From Armatimonadota bacterium (GTDB lineage: Bacteria; Armatimonadota; Fimbriimonadia; Fimbriimonadales; Fimbriimonadaceae): a stretch of 20,000 bases of DNA. Both the position numbers and the translations under genes were made by a program. This document shows, one piece after another, positions 1 to 7,928 of this stretch. The notes under the pieces were generated by a model, which did not search any database, was not told where the DNA came from, and saw nothing but the letters and a program-made list of their open reading frames with translations. Every line of letters starts with the position of its first letter. Positions within the stretch are counted from its first letter, which is position 1. The stretch covers positions 233,565 to 253,564 of the forward strand of contig JANNQV010000028.1 of the NCBI GenBank assembly GCA_031400935.1. Reading direction: 5' to 3'.

Positions 1-1
1 T

Positions 2-340
2 CCGCTGGCACAAGGCGTACTAACTGGCAAATACCTTCCTGGCAAACCTCTTCCTGAAGGTTCGCGCGGGGCCGACGATAAATCCAACACATTTATGGCG
101 GATGTGTTGACAGATTCAACCCTGGAACGAGTTCAGAAGCTAAAAGCGTTCGCAGAATCAAAGGGATGCACAGTCGGCCAATTTGCTTTGGCGTGGTGCC
201 TCAGACAATCGAATATCGCTTCGGTAATCGTCGGGGCAAGTAAAATTGACCAGATTGAAGAAAACGCGGCTTGTACAGATATCGAACTCAGTGCCAGCGA
301 CTTCGAAGACGGAATGAAGATTCTTCAGGGGATCCACTGA
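2..340 (+). CDS. Aldo/keto reductase, C-terminal part (5' end outside window)
   Basis: The frame is open from position 2 (PLAQGVLTGKYLPG...) into the 95..340 ORF. It contains AKR motifs PLAQGxLTGKY, QFALAWCL and VIVGASKIDQIEEN. Confidence 0.9.
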   Translation, partial: PLAQGVLTGKYLPGKPLPEGSRGADDKSNTFMADVLTDSTLERVQKLKAFAESKGCTVGQFALAWCLRQSNIASVIVGASKIDQIEENAACTDIELSASDFEDGMKILQGIH

Positions 341-367
341 TAAAGGTCGCATAAAAAGCAAAACGAA

Positions 368-883
368 ATGAGCGATTCTGAAAATTCTCAATTTGAAACA
401 TCTATTCCAATCGCAGAAACTGCTTTTGAAAAGCGGCGCGGGATTCGACATGTCGAGATTCGCTCAGGCTATGCTCAAGTTCATGTCACCCAGTTAAAAG
501 TACCGATCTCCGAAACAAGATTAGACATTCTGCAAGCGGTGGGCAACGCAGAAATTTCTGTTGATTTTCTAAAATTCACACCGACAGGTGTAAGCTTCAT
601 GGTGCAAGACCTTGTCGCTGAAAAAACAACACGTATCTTAGAGAATTTTGGAGCCATGTTTTCCCTAGCCGCAAATCGGCATATCGTCACGGTTCATGCT
701 GTAAACATGCGCGACGAGCAAGGCTTAATAGCCGATGTCATGGCACACGCCATTCGGTCTGGCGCGAAGCTCGAACACATTACAGATATGCATGACAGAA
801 TGCTGATCGTCGTCGCCGCCGAAGAATCGGAGCTCCTCCGCGCCGCTTTGCAAGAGCTTGCACAGGGGAAAAATGGCAATTAA
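368..883 (+). CDS. Stand-alone tandem ACT-domain protein resembling an aspartokinase regulatory (beta) subunit
   Basis: 171 aa with ACT-like segments (ILQAVGNAEISVDFL; VTVHAVNMRDEQGLIADVMAHAIRSGAKL). Its 3' end overlaps the aspartate kinase start by 11 nt. Confidence 0.7.
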   Translation: MSDSENSQFETSIPIAETAFEKRRGIRHVEIRSGYAQVHVTQLKVPISETRLDILQAVGNAEISVDFLKFTPTGVSFMVQDLVAEKTTRILENFGAMFSLAANRHIVTVHAVNMRDEQGLIADVMAHAIRSGAKLEHITDMHDRMLIVVAAEESELLRAALQELAQGKNGN

Positions 884-2234
884 AGTGCTGAAGTTTGGAG
901 GCACAAGTGTCGCTACACCCGAGGCTCGAAAGCTATCTGCGATGCGGGTCATTTCGGCAGTGCAGCAAGGCTATTCGCCAGTTGTCGTTGTGAGTGCAAT
1001 TGGGCGACGAGGAGCGCCGTACGCGACCGACACGCTTTTGCAAATGATCCGTGAAATTGACCCCGATGTAGAACCAGACGCGCGGGAAGTTGACCTGTTA
1101 ATCGCATGCGGCGAAATTCTCAGCGCAGTTGTTTTTGCACATACGCTAAAAACTCTCGGCCAGCCTGCCCAAGCGTTTCGAGGAGGTCAAGCGGGAATTC
1201 GGACAGATGGAGTTTTTGGAAATGCCAGAATCATGGCCATTCATCCGGTCAGCCTACTTCGAAGCATCGAAAAGGGATTTGTGCCAGTGGTTTGCGGCTT
1301 TCAAGGAATCTACGTTCCTCCCGAAGGCGGCCCCGGAGGTGAACTCACTACGCTGGGCCGAGGAGGGAGCGATACGACTGCTGCCGCATTGGGAGCAGCA
1401 TTAAAGGCGGAGTCGGTAGAAATTTTGACCGACGTTGACGGCGTAAAAGTCGCGGATCCTGACGCAGTTCCCGATGCGGCAACGTTAAGCCGAATCACTT
1501 ATGACGAGGTTGCAGAAATCGCTCACCTTGGCGCACGGGTAGTGCATCCTAGAGCCGCCGAAATCGCAATGAGCTACCAAATTCCACTTTGGATCAAGAA
1601 TACATTTTCAGATAATCCTGGCACGGAAATAGTGACCCGTGGCGAACTTGCAGAACGGCGACTTACTGGGGTCGCACATACGGGACAGTTGGTATATTTA
1701 TCGTTCCACTTGGAGTCCATTCCAGATAGTCACCGTACCAATTTGGAAAGCCGGATTTTTGAGATGATGGCGCGTTACGACATTAACCTCTATATGCTCA
1801 ATTTGAGCCCTCTTGGAACGGGTTTTGCAGTTTCCCGAACGCAATTTCCTATGGTTCAAGAGCTTCTCGATGCACTAGTGATTCCGCTTAAAGATGGCGA
1901 ACAACCAATTGTTGTGCTCATGCAACTCGGCAATACAGAATCACAGGCAGTTACAACTCAACGAGAATTGTTAGCATCTCTTGGCAAAATCCATGTGGTT
2001 CCGGTGGAGCAAACCGAAGGCTGCACAATGGTTTCACTAGTTGCAGCGAGCCAAATGCCAAGACCCGCACTTTTTGTCTCTGTGCTCAGAACGCTCCATG
2101 AAGCAAAAATCCCGGTCCTGCAAACCGCAGACAGCGATTTATCCATCTCAGTTTTGGTGCCAGAAGCAGAATGTTATCGCGCCGTTCGATTGATACATGA
2201 TCGCTTTGAGGGAGACGCCGGAGCCCTTCTGTAA
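873..2234 (+). CDS. dapG: Aspartate kinase (DapG / aspartokinase I-like)
   Basis: Motifs KFGGTSV, VVVVSAIGRRGAPYATDTLL (DapG-type signature), TTLGRGGSDTTA, ILTDVDG, and C-terminal ACT domains. Start taken at ATG 873. Confidence 0.92.
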   Translation: MAIKVLKFGGTSVATPEARKLSAMRVISAVQQGYSPVVVVSAIGRRGAPYATDTLLQMIREIDPDVEPDAREVDLLIACGEILSAVVFAHTLKTLGQPAQAFRGGQAGIRTDGVFGNARIMAIHPVSLLRSIEKGFVPVVCGFQGIYVPPEGGPGGELTTLGRGGSDTTAAALGAALKAESVEILTDVDGVKVADPDAVPDAATLSRITYDEVAEIAHLGARVVHPRAAEIAMSYQIPLWIKNTFSDNPGTEIVTRGELAERRLTGVAHTGQLVYLSFHLESIPDSHRTNLESRIFEMMARYDINLYMLNLSPLGTGFAVSRTQFPMVQELLDALVIPLKDGEQPIVVLMQLGNTESQAVTTQRELLASLGKIHVVPVEQTEGCTMVSLVAASQMPRPALFVSVLRTLHEAKIPVLQTADSDLSISVLVPEAECYRAVRLIHDRFEGDAGALL

Positions 2235-3055
2235 TGCAGATCGAATTGCCGACCAATCGTCCGGCAATTATGGGAATCCTCAATGTAACGCCCGACAGTT
2301 TCAGCGACGGCGGACTGTTTTTTGAACCAGAAATCGCCATCAAACGCGGCCTCCTGATGATCGGCGAAGGTGCCGACCTTATAGACATTGGGGGTGAATC
2401 AACACGCCCTGGCGCAAAGTCAGTTAGTATCGAAGAAGAACTGAAGCGTGTGCTGCCAGTTGTATTCGAACTCGCAAGACGAGGAGCTAGCGTTTCTATT
2501 GACACAACAAAAGCTGAAGTTGCAAGAGAGGCAATTTCTGCAGGAGCAAAGATTGTAAACGATGTTTCTGGACTTCGCGATCCAGCAATGATCGAAGTCT
2601 GTGCAGAAGCTGGTTGCACCGTTTGCATCATGCATATGCAAGGGAAACCGGCAACAATGCAATCCAATCCACTTTACGGCGATGTTGTGCGGGATGTAAA
2701 AGAATATCTGTTTCATGCTGCAACGCTTGCCGAAAAAGAGGGCGTGAATAAAGATCGAATTTGGATAGATCCCGGCATCGGTTTCGGCAAAACTGTTGAA
2801 AATAATTGCGAGATTTTGAAGAGGCTCGATGAATTTGTTCGACTTGGCTACCCGGTCCTAGTGGGCGTATCGTGCAAGTCGTTTCTTGGCAAAATATTGG
2901 GATCAGAAAGCTCCCCGCTCCCTGCTGATCAACGATTAGAAGCGACTCTTGCTGCCCAAGTTGTAGCTCAAACAAACGGCGCACGGATTTTGAGGGTTCA
3001 CGACGTTTTGGCGGCAAAAAGGGCATCTGTGATCTGTTCGGCGATTTCGAGCTAG
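2234..3055 (+). CDS. folP: Dihydropteroate synthase
   Basis: Motifs IMGILNVTPDSFSDGG, DIGGESTRPGA, DPGIGFGK and RVHDV. TAATG stop/start overlap with the kinase gene. Confidence 0.97.
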   Translation: MQIELPTNRPAIMGILNVTPDSFSDGGLFFEPEIAIKRGLLMIGEGADLIDIGGESTRPGAKSVSIEEELKRVLPVVFELARRGASVSIDTTKAEVAREAISAGAKIVNDVSGLRDPAMIEVCAEAGCTVCIMHMQGKPATMQSNPLYGDVVRDVKEYLFHAATLAEKEGVNKDRIWIDPGIGFGKTVENNCEILKRLDEFVRLGYPVLVGVSCKSFLGKILGSESSPLPADQRLEATLAAQVVAQTNGARILRVHDVLAAKRASVICSAISS

Positions 3056-3061
3056 TTTGAA

Positions 3062-4522
3062 TCACACTTTCTGCGTTTTCCATCGCCCACGCTTGAAGAG
3101 AATCATGCTCAAGATTCCCTGAACAAATTGAGTTGCGCTCATTGCTATCCAAGCCCCTCCAGCCCCCAATCCTAGCCCAAATGGCAATTTCCAATCAACA
3201 GCACCAAACGAAACAGTTGTCCCTGCGCCTAATGCCAACAGAATCGCCATTGGCACCCTGAGTCCCCAAAGGGAAAACAGCGTAATCCAAAGTGGTGTCT
3301 TAGTATCGCCCGCTCCCTGCATGGCTCCGAGCATGACCATGGCATACGCAAATCCAACTTCTGTAATGCAAAGGTATCGAAGCAACACGGTCGCTTGGTG
3401 AGCGATGACCGGCTTTCCGACGATCATCAATTCCGCAATTTGAGGCGCAAAAATGAAAATGGGAACGCTCAACATCCCTGTGACAAGTGCAGCATGATGG
3501 GCCCCAAGCCAAGCGATTCGTTCTGCGCGGTCTGGCCGCTTCATTCCCAAACTTTGTCCAACCAAAGCTGCAACAGCCATCGAAAGTCCAAAGCTCGGCA
3601 TGAACATGACTGATTCTATGGCAAACCCTGGTCGCATTGCCGCAACTGCGTTTCCAGCATCCGAAGAGAACTTCAGCACAACGGTGAAAACCGCAAGCGA
3701 GGCAACTCGAAGGACAGCCATGACAGCCGTAGGAAAAGCTATGCGAACAACTCTGCGAACATACGACATCATGGGTACGGTCAATTTGAGCATATTCCCC
3801 AAAGGCGTCTTTCCAGAATAAATTAGATAGCCAATTGCACTGATCCATGCCGAAATCGAAAGAGCAGTGGCGGATCCTTGCAACCCCAAATTGAATCCAG
3901 GAATCCCGATTCCGCCGGGCCCCTGACGTGGCGGAAAGATCAAGATGAAATTCAACAGAATGTGCAGGAGTATTTGAATTCCGGAAATTACCATCGGGCT
4001 CTTGGTGTCGCCGATCCCACGCATCGAACCTGCTAGCGACTGGATGATATAGATTGCTGGCAACCCAAGAACGTAGATTCCCAGGAATTGAATCATCAGC
4101 CGCTTCCCTTCGGTTTCTCCATTTGGAAGAAACAAGTTCGCAGTAGATGGAGCAGCTAAGAATCCAACCACGGCAAGCAAGATTCCGCAACCGATTGCAA
4201 CCATTACAGACTGCTTGCAAGACCGCCGAAACTCCCCAAGTTCTCCTGCGCCATAAGCTCGGCTCACTAGGGCTGTAGAAGCGGTCCCAACTGCCATGGC
4301 AAGGCTAAAAAGCAGAAACTGGATATTCGTGATTCCGCCATAAGCAACCAAAGCTGAGCGCGGCAAATGCCCGATAAATGCAGAATCGAGAAGGTTGTTT
4401 AGAACGCCAAGAGAGTTCAGCAAAACCGCCGGCCAAGCCAATTCCCAAAGGGTTCTGGAAAAATTTTCAGGCTGGTCGTCGGTCAATTCCTGCGAAACTT
4501 CAAGCTCGACGGATTGGGACAA
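3062..4522 (-). CDS. MATE family efflux transporter
   Basis: Multi-TM protein with two MATE half-repeats (GSMRGIGDTKSPM and GAMQGAGDTKTPL; LVGQSLG). Start uncertain: in-frame TTG at 4522 or 4549. Confidence 0.93.
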   Translation of the reverse strand: MSQSVELEVSQELTDDQPENFSRTLWELAWPAVLLNSLGVLNNLLDSAFIGHLPRSALVAYGGITNIQFLLFSLAMAVGTASTALVSRAYGAGELGEFRRSCKQSVMVAIGCGILLAVVGFLAAPSTANLFLPNGETEGKRLMIQFLGIYVLGLPAIYIIQSLAGSMRGIGDTKSPMVISGIQILLHILLNFILIFPPRQGPGGIGIPGFNLGLQGSATALSISAWISAIGYLIYSGKTPLGNMLKLTVPMMSYVRRVVRIAFPTAVMAVLRVASLAVFTVVLKFSSDAGNAVAAMRPGFAIESVMFMPSFGLSMAVAALVGQSLGMKRPDRAERIAWLGAHHAALVTGMLSVPIFIFAPQIAELMIVGKPVIAHQATVLLRYLCITEVGFAYAMVMLGAMQGAGDTKTPLWITLFSLWGLRVPMAILLALGAGTTVSFGAVDWKLPFGLGLGAGGAWIAMSATQFVQGILSMILFKRGRWKTQKV

Positions 4523-4553
4523 TAGAAGTTCAGGGTACCGAAGTGGCAACTAT

Positions 4554-4644
4554 TGTGGCTCGACCGTCCCGGTCGAGTGTGCCATTGGCGTCCCGCTCAT
4601 TTCCGAAATGACCGGACTTCCTCGACCGGGACGGTCAAGCCACA
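4554..4644. repeat. REP-like inverted pair (REPIN-like), GTGG-headed palindrome
   Basis: 4554-4577 tgtggctcgaccgtcccggtcgag matches the reverse complement of 4621-4644 at 23/24 nt. Each arm is itself a hairpin (ctcgacc-gtccc-ggtcgag). Confidence 0.8.
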
Positions 4645-4677
4645 TTGCGAGAAGGGTACAACAATGACCTAGATTCT

Positions 4678-5349
4678 ATGAAATACGAAATATTGCATCA
4701 ACCTTCGTTCTCTGTTGCACGGCTCATGCTGGAGCCAGGAGACACGATTCGAGCCGAATCTGGCGCTATGGTCAGCATGTCGCCAACTGTCACGATGGAA
4801 GCCAAGATGCACGGCGGCATTGGAAAAGCCATTGGAAGACTCTTTGGCGGTGAAAGCCTTTTTCAGACAACTTTCACTGCAACCCATGGGCCTGGCGAGC
4901 TACTTCTTGCACCGACTTTGCTTGGCGACATCGTTCCTGTTCAGCTTTCTAACACCGGGATGATGATCACGAGCGGATGCTTTCTTGCCAGCGAACTTTC
5001 TGTAGAACTAGAAACCAAAGCTAACTTTAAGAACTTTTTTGCAGGCGAAGGTTTGTTCTTGTTACGAGCTTCTGGGCAAGGATTTGTTCTCGTTTCCTGC
5101 TTTGGCGCGATTTACGCCGTTGATTTGCAACCAGGCCAGCCGTATATTGTAGATACTGGGCACATCGTTGCTTTTAGTGATTCCATGCAATTTGAAGTGC
5201 GAAGAGCCGCCAAGAGTTTGATCGGTTCGTTCACATCCGGCGAAGGATTCGTGGCCCACTTTTCTGGTCCGGGCCGCCTTTATGTTCAAACACGATCACC
5301 GCAAGGATTTGGTTCTTGGATGTCTCAATTTGTTCCGAGGGGTTCGTAA
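4678..5349 (+). CDS. AIM24 / TIGR00266 family protein
   Basis: Motifs AESGAMVSMS, GGESLFQTTF, FFAGEGLF, IVDTGHIVAF and SGEGFVAHFSGPGRLYVQTR. Confidence 0.9.
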   Translation: MKYEILHQPSFSVARLMLEPGDTIRAESGAMVSMSPTVTMEAKMHGGIGKAIGRLFGGESLFQTTFTATHGPGELLLAPTLLGDIVPVQLSNTGMMITSGCFLASELSVELETKANFKNFFAGEGLFLLRASGQGFVLVSCFGAIYAVDLQPGQPYIVDTGHIVAFSDSMQFEVRRAAKSLIGSFTSGEGFVAHFSGPGRLYVQTRSPQGFGSWMSQFVPRGS

Positions 5350-5813
5350 TGTTGAAATCGTTTTTTCTTCTTTTGCTGACCGCTGGAACCATTGGATGCG
5401 GTACGTCTCCGGTTCCCCACCTTTCGTTTGAATCACTAGATCAAAAAGGCAAAGTTGTTAAACTTAGCGATCTTCGCGGAAAAGTTGTTCTCTTAGACTT
5501 CTGGGCAACTTGGTGTGGGCCCTGTAAGGAATCAAAGCCCTTTATCGTGGAATTGCACGACAAATACAAATCAAAAGGGCTGTTCGTGGTCGGATTATCA
5601 AACGAGAGACGAGCCGTCGTTGAAAAGTTTGAAGAAGAGGAAACTTTAAAGTACCCAGTATTTCTAGATAACGACAATTCGGTAAATATTACTTTGAATG
5701 TCGGAGCCTATCCAACAGTCATAATTTTTGGCAAGGGTGGCGAATTGCTCTTTGAAGGGCATCCCGATGAAAAAGAGGAAATCCTTCGAATTCTCGAAGA
5801 GCATTTGAATTAA
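5349..5813 (+). CDS. TlpA/ResA-like thiol-disulfide oxidoreductase, probable lipoprotein
   Basis: LRGKVVLLDFWATWCGPC active site. N-terminal MLKSFFLLLLTAGTIG-C lipobox-like signal. TAATG overlap with the upstream gene. Confidence 0.9.
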   Translation: MLKSFFLLLLTAGTIGCGTSPVPHLSFESLDQKGKVVKLSDLRGKVVLLDFWATWCGPCKESKPFIVELHDKYKSKGLFVVGLSNERRAVVEKFEEEETLKYPVFLDNDNSVNITLNVGAYPTVIIFGKGGELLFEGHPDEKEEILRILEEHLN

Positions 5814-5829
5814 CAGTCTCAATTGAAAC

Positions 5830-7236
5830 TCAAAATTCCGCGCTGCCAGGAACTCTGTAATATGGAATAACATCCCTGATGTTCTTCATTCCTGTGACAT
5901 ACATCAACAACCTTTCAAGTCCTAATCCGAACCCAGAATGAGGCGCACTTCCAAATTTCCTTAGGTCTAGATACCACCAATAGGCTTCTAGTGGCAGCCC
6001 CATTTCTGCGATTCTTCTTTCCAGTACATCAAGCCTTTCTTCTCGTTGAGAACCACCGATTATCTCGCCTATTCTCGGAGCTAATACGTCCATTGCTCGA
6101 ACCGTTTTGTTGTCGTCGTTCAATCGCATGTAAAACGCTTTGATGTCTTTGGGGTAATCCGTTAGAATGACGGGTCGGCCCACTTTGACTTCCGTAAGCC
6201 ACCTTTCATGCTCGCTTTGCAAGTCGCATCCCCAGAAAACTGGATATTCGAATTTCTCTCCGCTCGATTCCAAAATCTTGATCGCCTCCGTGTAAGGCAT
6301 TCTCTCAAAAGGCGATTCCACCACGTGTTTTAGAGTGTTGAGAAGTTCGGGTTCGATGCGCTGGTTGAAGAAGTCAAGGTCTTGGCCACAGTTATCTAGG
6401 GCATATTGAATTACGTATTTCAGGAATTCTTCGGCGAGGTTCATGTTGCCTTCGAGAGAGCAAAACGCTTGTTCCGGCTCGACCATCCAAAATTCGGCGA
6501 GATGTCTTGCTGTCGAACTATTTTCAGCACGAAACGTCGGACCGAAAGTGTAAACATTAGTCAGTCCTAGAGCCAAAGTTTCTGCTTCAAGCTGCCCTGA
6601 AACCGTGAGAAAAGCTGGCTTGCCAAAAAAATCATCTTTGTAGTCTTTGCCGCTAAGGTGAGGAATAGGGCTCCCATCTGCTCCCATTCCTGGTTCCAAG
6701 AGTGTCGAAACCGCGAACATTGAGCCTGCGCCTTCGGCGTCGCTCGCCGTGATGATTGGAGTGTGAATGTAATGAAATCCATGCTCGTGAAAAAACTTGT
6801 GGATGGCAAAACTGATTTGTGCTCGAACGCGAAAAACGGCACCAAACGTGTTTCCGCGAACACGAAGATGTGCAATTTCTCGCAAAAACTCAAACGATGC
6901 CCCTTTCTTTTGGAGTGGATATTTTTCGGGATCGGCTTCGCCAAAAATCCCCACGCCCGTTGCCAAAAGTTCAGTTGGCTGCCCTGCTGCTGGAGACTCC
7001 ACCATAGAGCCATCGAACCGAACGCATGCGCCAGTCGTTATCTTCTTTAAGGTCTCGGCTGAAATGGAACCTTCATTTACTACAACTTGCAGATCGCGAA
7101 AGCAGGATCCGTCGCTTACTTGCACAAAGCTGATTCCCTTACTGTCTCGCCGAGTCTTCACCCATCCGAATGCCTGCGCCTCGGTTCCTGGCGCAAGGTC
7201 GAAGAGGTCTTTGATGTATTGGCGACGAAAGTCCAT
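5830..7236 (-). CDS. asnS: Asparagine--tRNA ligase
   Basis: OB-fold N-terminus, [49 protein letters not shown] and [10 protein letters not shown]. Start taken at ATG 7236. Confidence 0.97.
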   Translation of the reverse strand: MDFRRQYIKDLFDLAPGTEAQAFGWVKTRRDSKGISFVQVSDGSCFRDLQVVVNEGSISAETLKKITTGACVRFDGSMVESPAAGQPTELLATGVGIFGEADPEKYPLQKKGASFEFLREIAHLRVRGNTFGAVFRVRAQISFAIHKFFHEHGFHYIHTPIITASDAEGAGSMFAVSTLLEPGMGADGSPIPHLSGKDYKDDFFGKPAFLTVSGQLEAETLALGLTNVYTFGPTFRAENSSTARHLAEFWMVEPEQAFCSLEGNMNLAEEFLKYVIQYALDNCGQDLDFFNQRIEPELLNTLKHVVESPFERMPYTEAIKILESSGEKFEYPVFWGCDLQSEHERWLTEVKVGRPVILTDYPKDIKAFYMRLNDDNKTVRAMDVLAPRIGEIIGGSQREERLDVLERRIAEMGLPLEAYWWYLDLRKFGSAPHSGFGLGLERLLMYVTGMKNIRDVIPYYRVPGSAEF

Positions 7237-7305
7237 GGGTTCAAATTGTACCGGAGCGACAGATTGATTCAACGGTAAGCTATCCAATCCCGTAGAGTAT
7301 CGGTA

Positions 7306-7533
7306 ATGGCAGTCTGGAATTTGCTAGAAAAGTTGTGGATCAAGTTGAATCGGACTTCGAAGACTTGCCACTGTTGCGGGCCGAAAAATGTGAGTTATGC
7401 CCACTACGGGGAGTTAGTGTGGTGTTGGCAAGACTGGCTTCTTATGTGCACTTGCCTTTGGGTCATTGCTTTGCCATGGTTCCTCTTCTTTAGAAAGCGA
7501 GACTACAAATGTCTTGATTGCAATGCTCATTGA
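7306..7533 (+). CDS. Small Cys-rich membrane-associated protein, LITAF-like zinc-ribbon architecture
   Basis: 75 aa: CHCC, a hydrophobic Trp-rich stretch, then YKCLDC. It fills the intergenic gap, and a TAGAGT -10-like box lies 7 nt before the ATG. Confidence 0.55.
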   Translation: MAVWNLLEKLWIKLNRTSKTCHCCGPKNVSYAHYGELVWCWQDWLLMCTCLWVIALPWFLFFRKRDYKCLDCNAH

Positions 7534-7642
7534 GAATAGAAATTCGTGCTTCAATTCGGCTCCATCCCTGCAAAACTACGTGCAACTCGCCGATAAAAAA
7601 AGTGAACTACTGCAATCGCAGTTAGGGAGTCGAGACACAAGT

Positions 7643-7912
7643 ATGGGTTACAGCCGCACGAATCGAGGAGATCAGACGGTCAGCATTAGTGTTGCTGGGC
7701 GAATCACAGCAATCGAAGTTCACACGCTTCGGTATTGGGAAAAAGAGTTCGCCGACATTTTGCATCCGATTCGAACCGAAGGTGGTCAGCGACGCTATCG
7801 CCCTGAGGATATTCAAACTGTATTCGTAATCAAGCGACTTCTTCGTGACGAAATGTTTAGCATCGCCGGTGCAAAAAGGCACTTGGCAAACCAGTTTCGA
7901 GTAGCAGCGTAG
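7643..7912 (+). CDS. MerR-family HTH transcriptional regulator (HTH only)
   Basis: ISVAGRITAIEVHTLRYWEKEF, RTEGGQRRY, IKRLLRDEMFSIAGAK. Start taken at ATG 7643. Confidence 0.9.
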   Translation: MGYSRTNRGDQTVSISVAGRITAIEVHTLRYWEKEFADILHPIRTEGGQRRYRPEDIQTVFVIKRLLRDEMFSIAGAKRHLANQFRVAA

Positions 7913-7928
7913 CATTGCCGTCCCGGCA

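Noticed and set aside
3300..4220. 306-aa alternative-frame ORF inside the MATE gene
   Set aside because: Fully nested in a well-supported gene, with Arg/Cys/Ser-rich shadow composition and no motifs.
7466..7642. N-terminal extension of the MerR ORF
   Set aside because: It overlaps the upstream small gene and has no domain features; ATG 7643 fits the HTH start.
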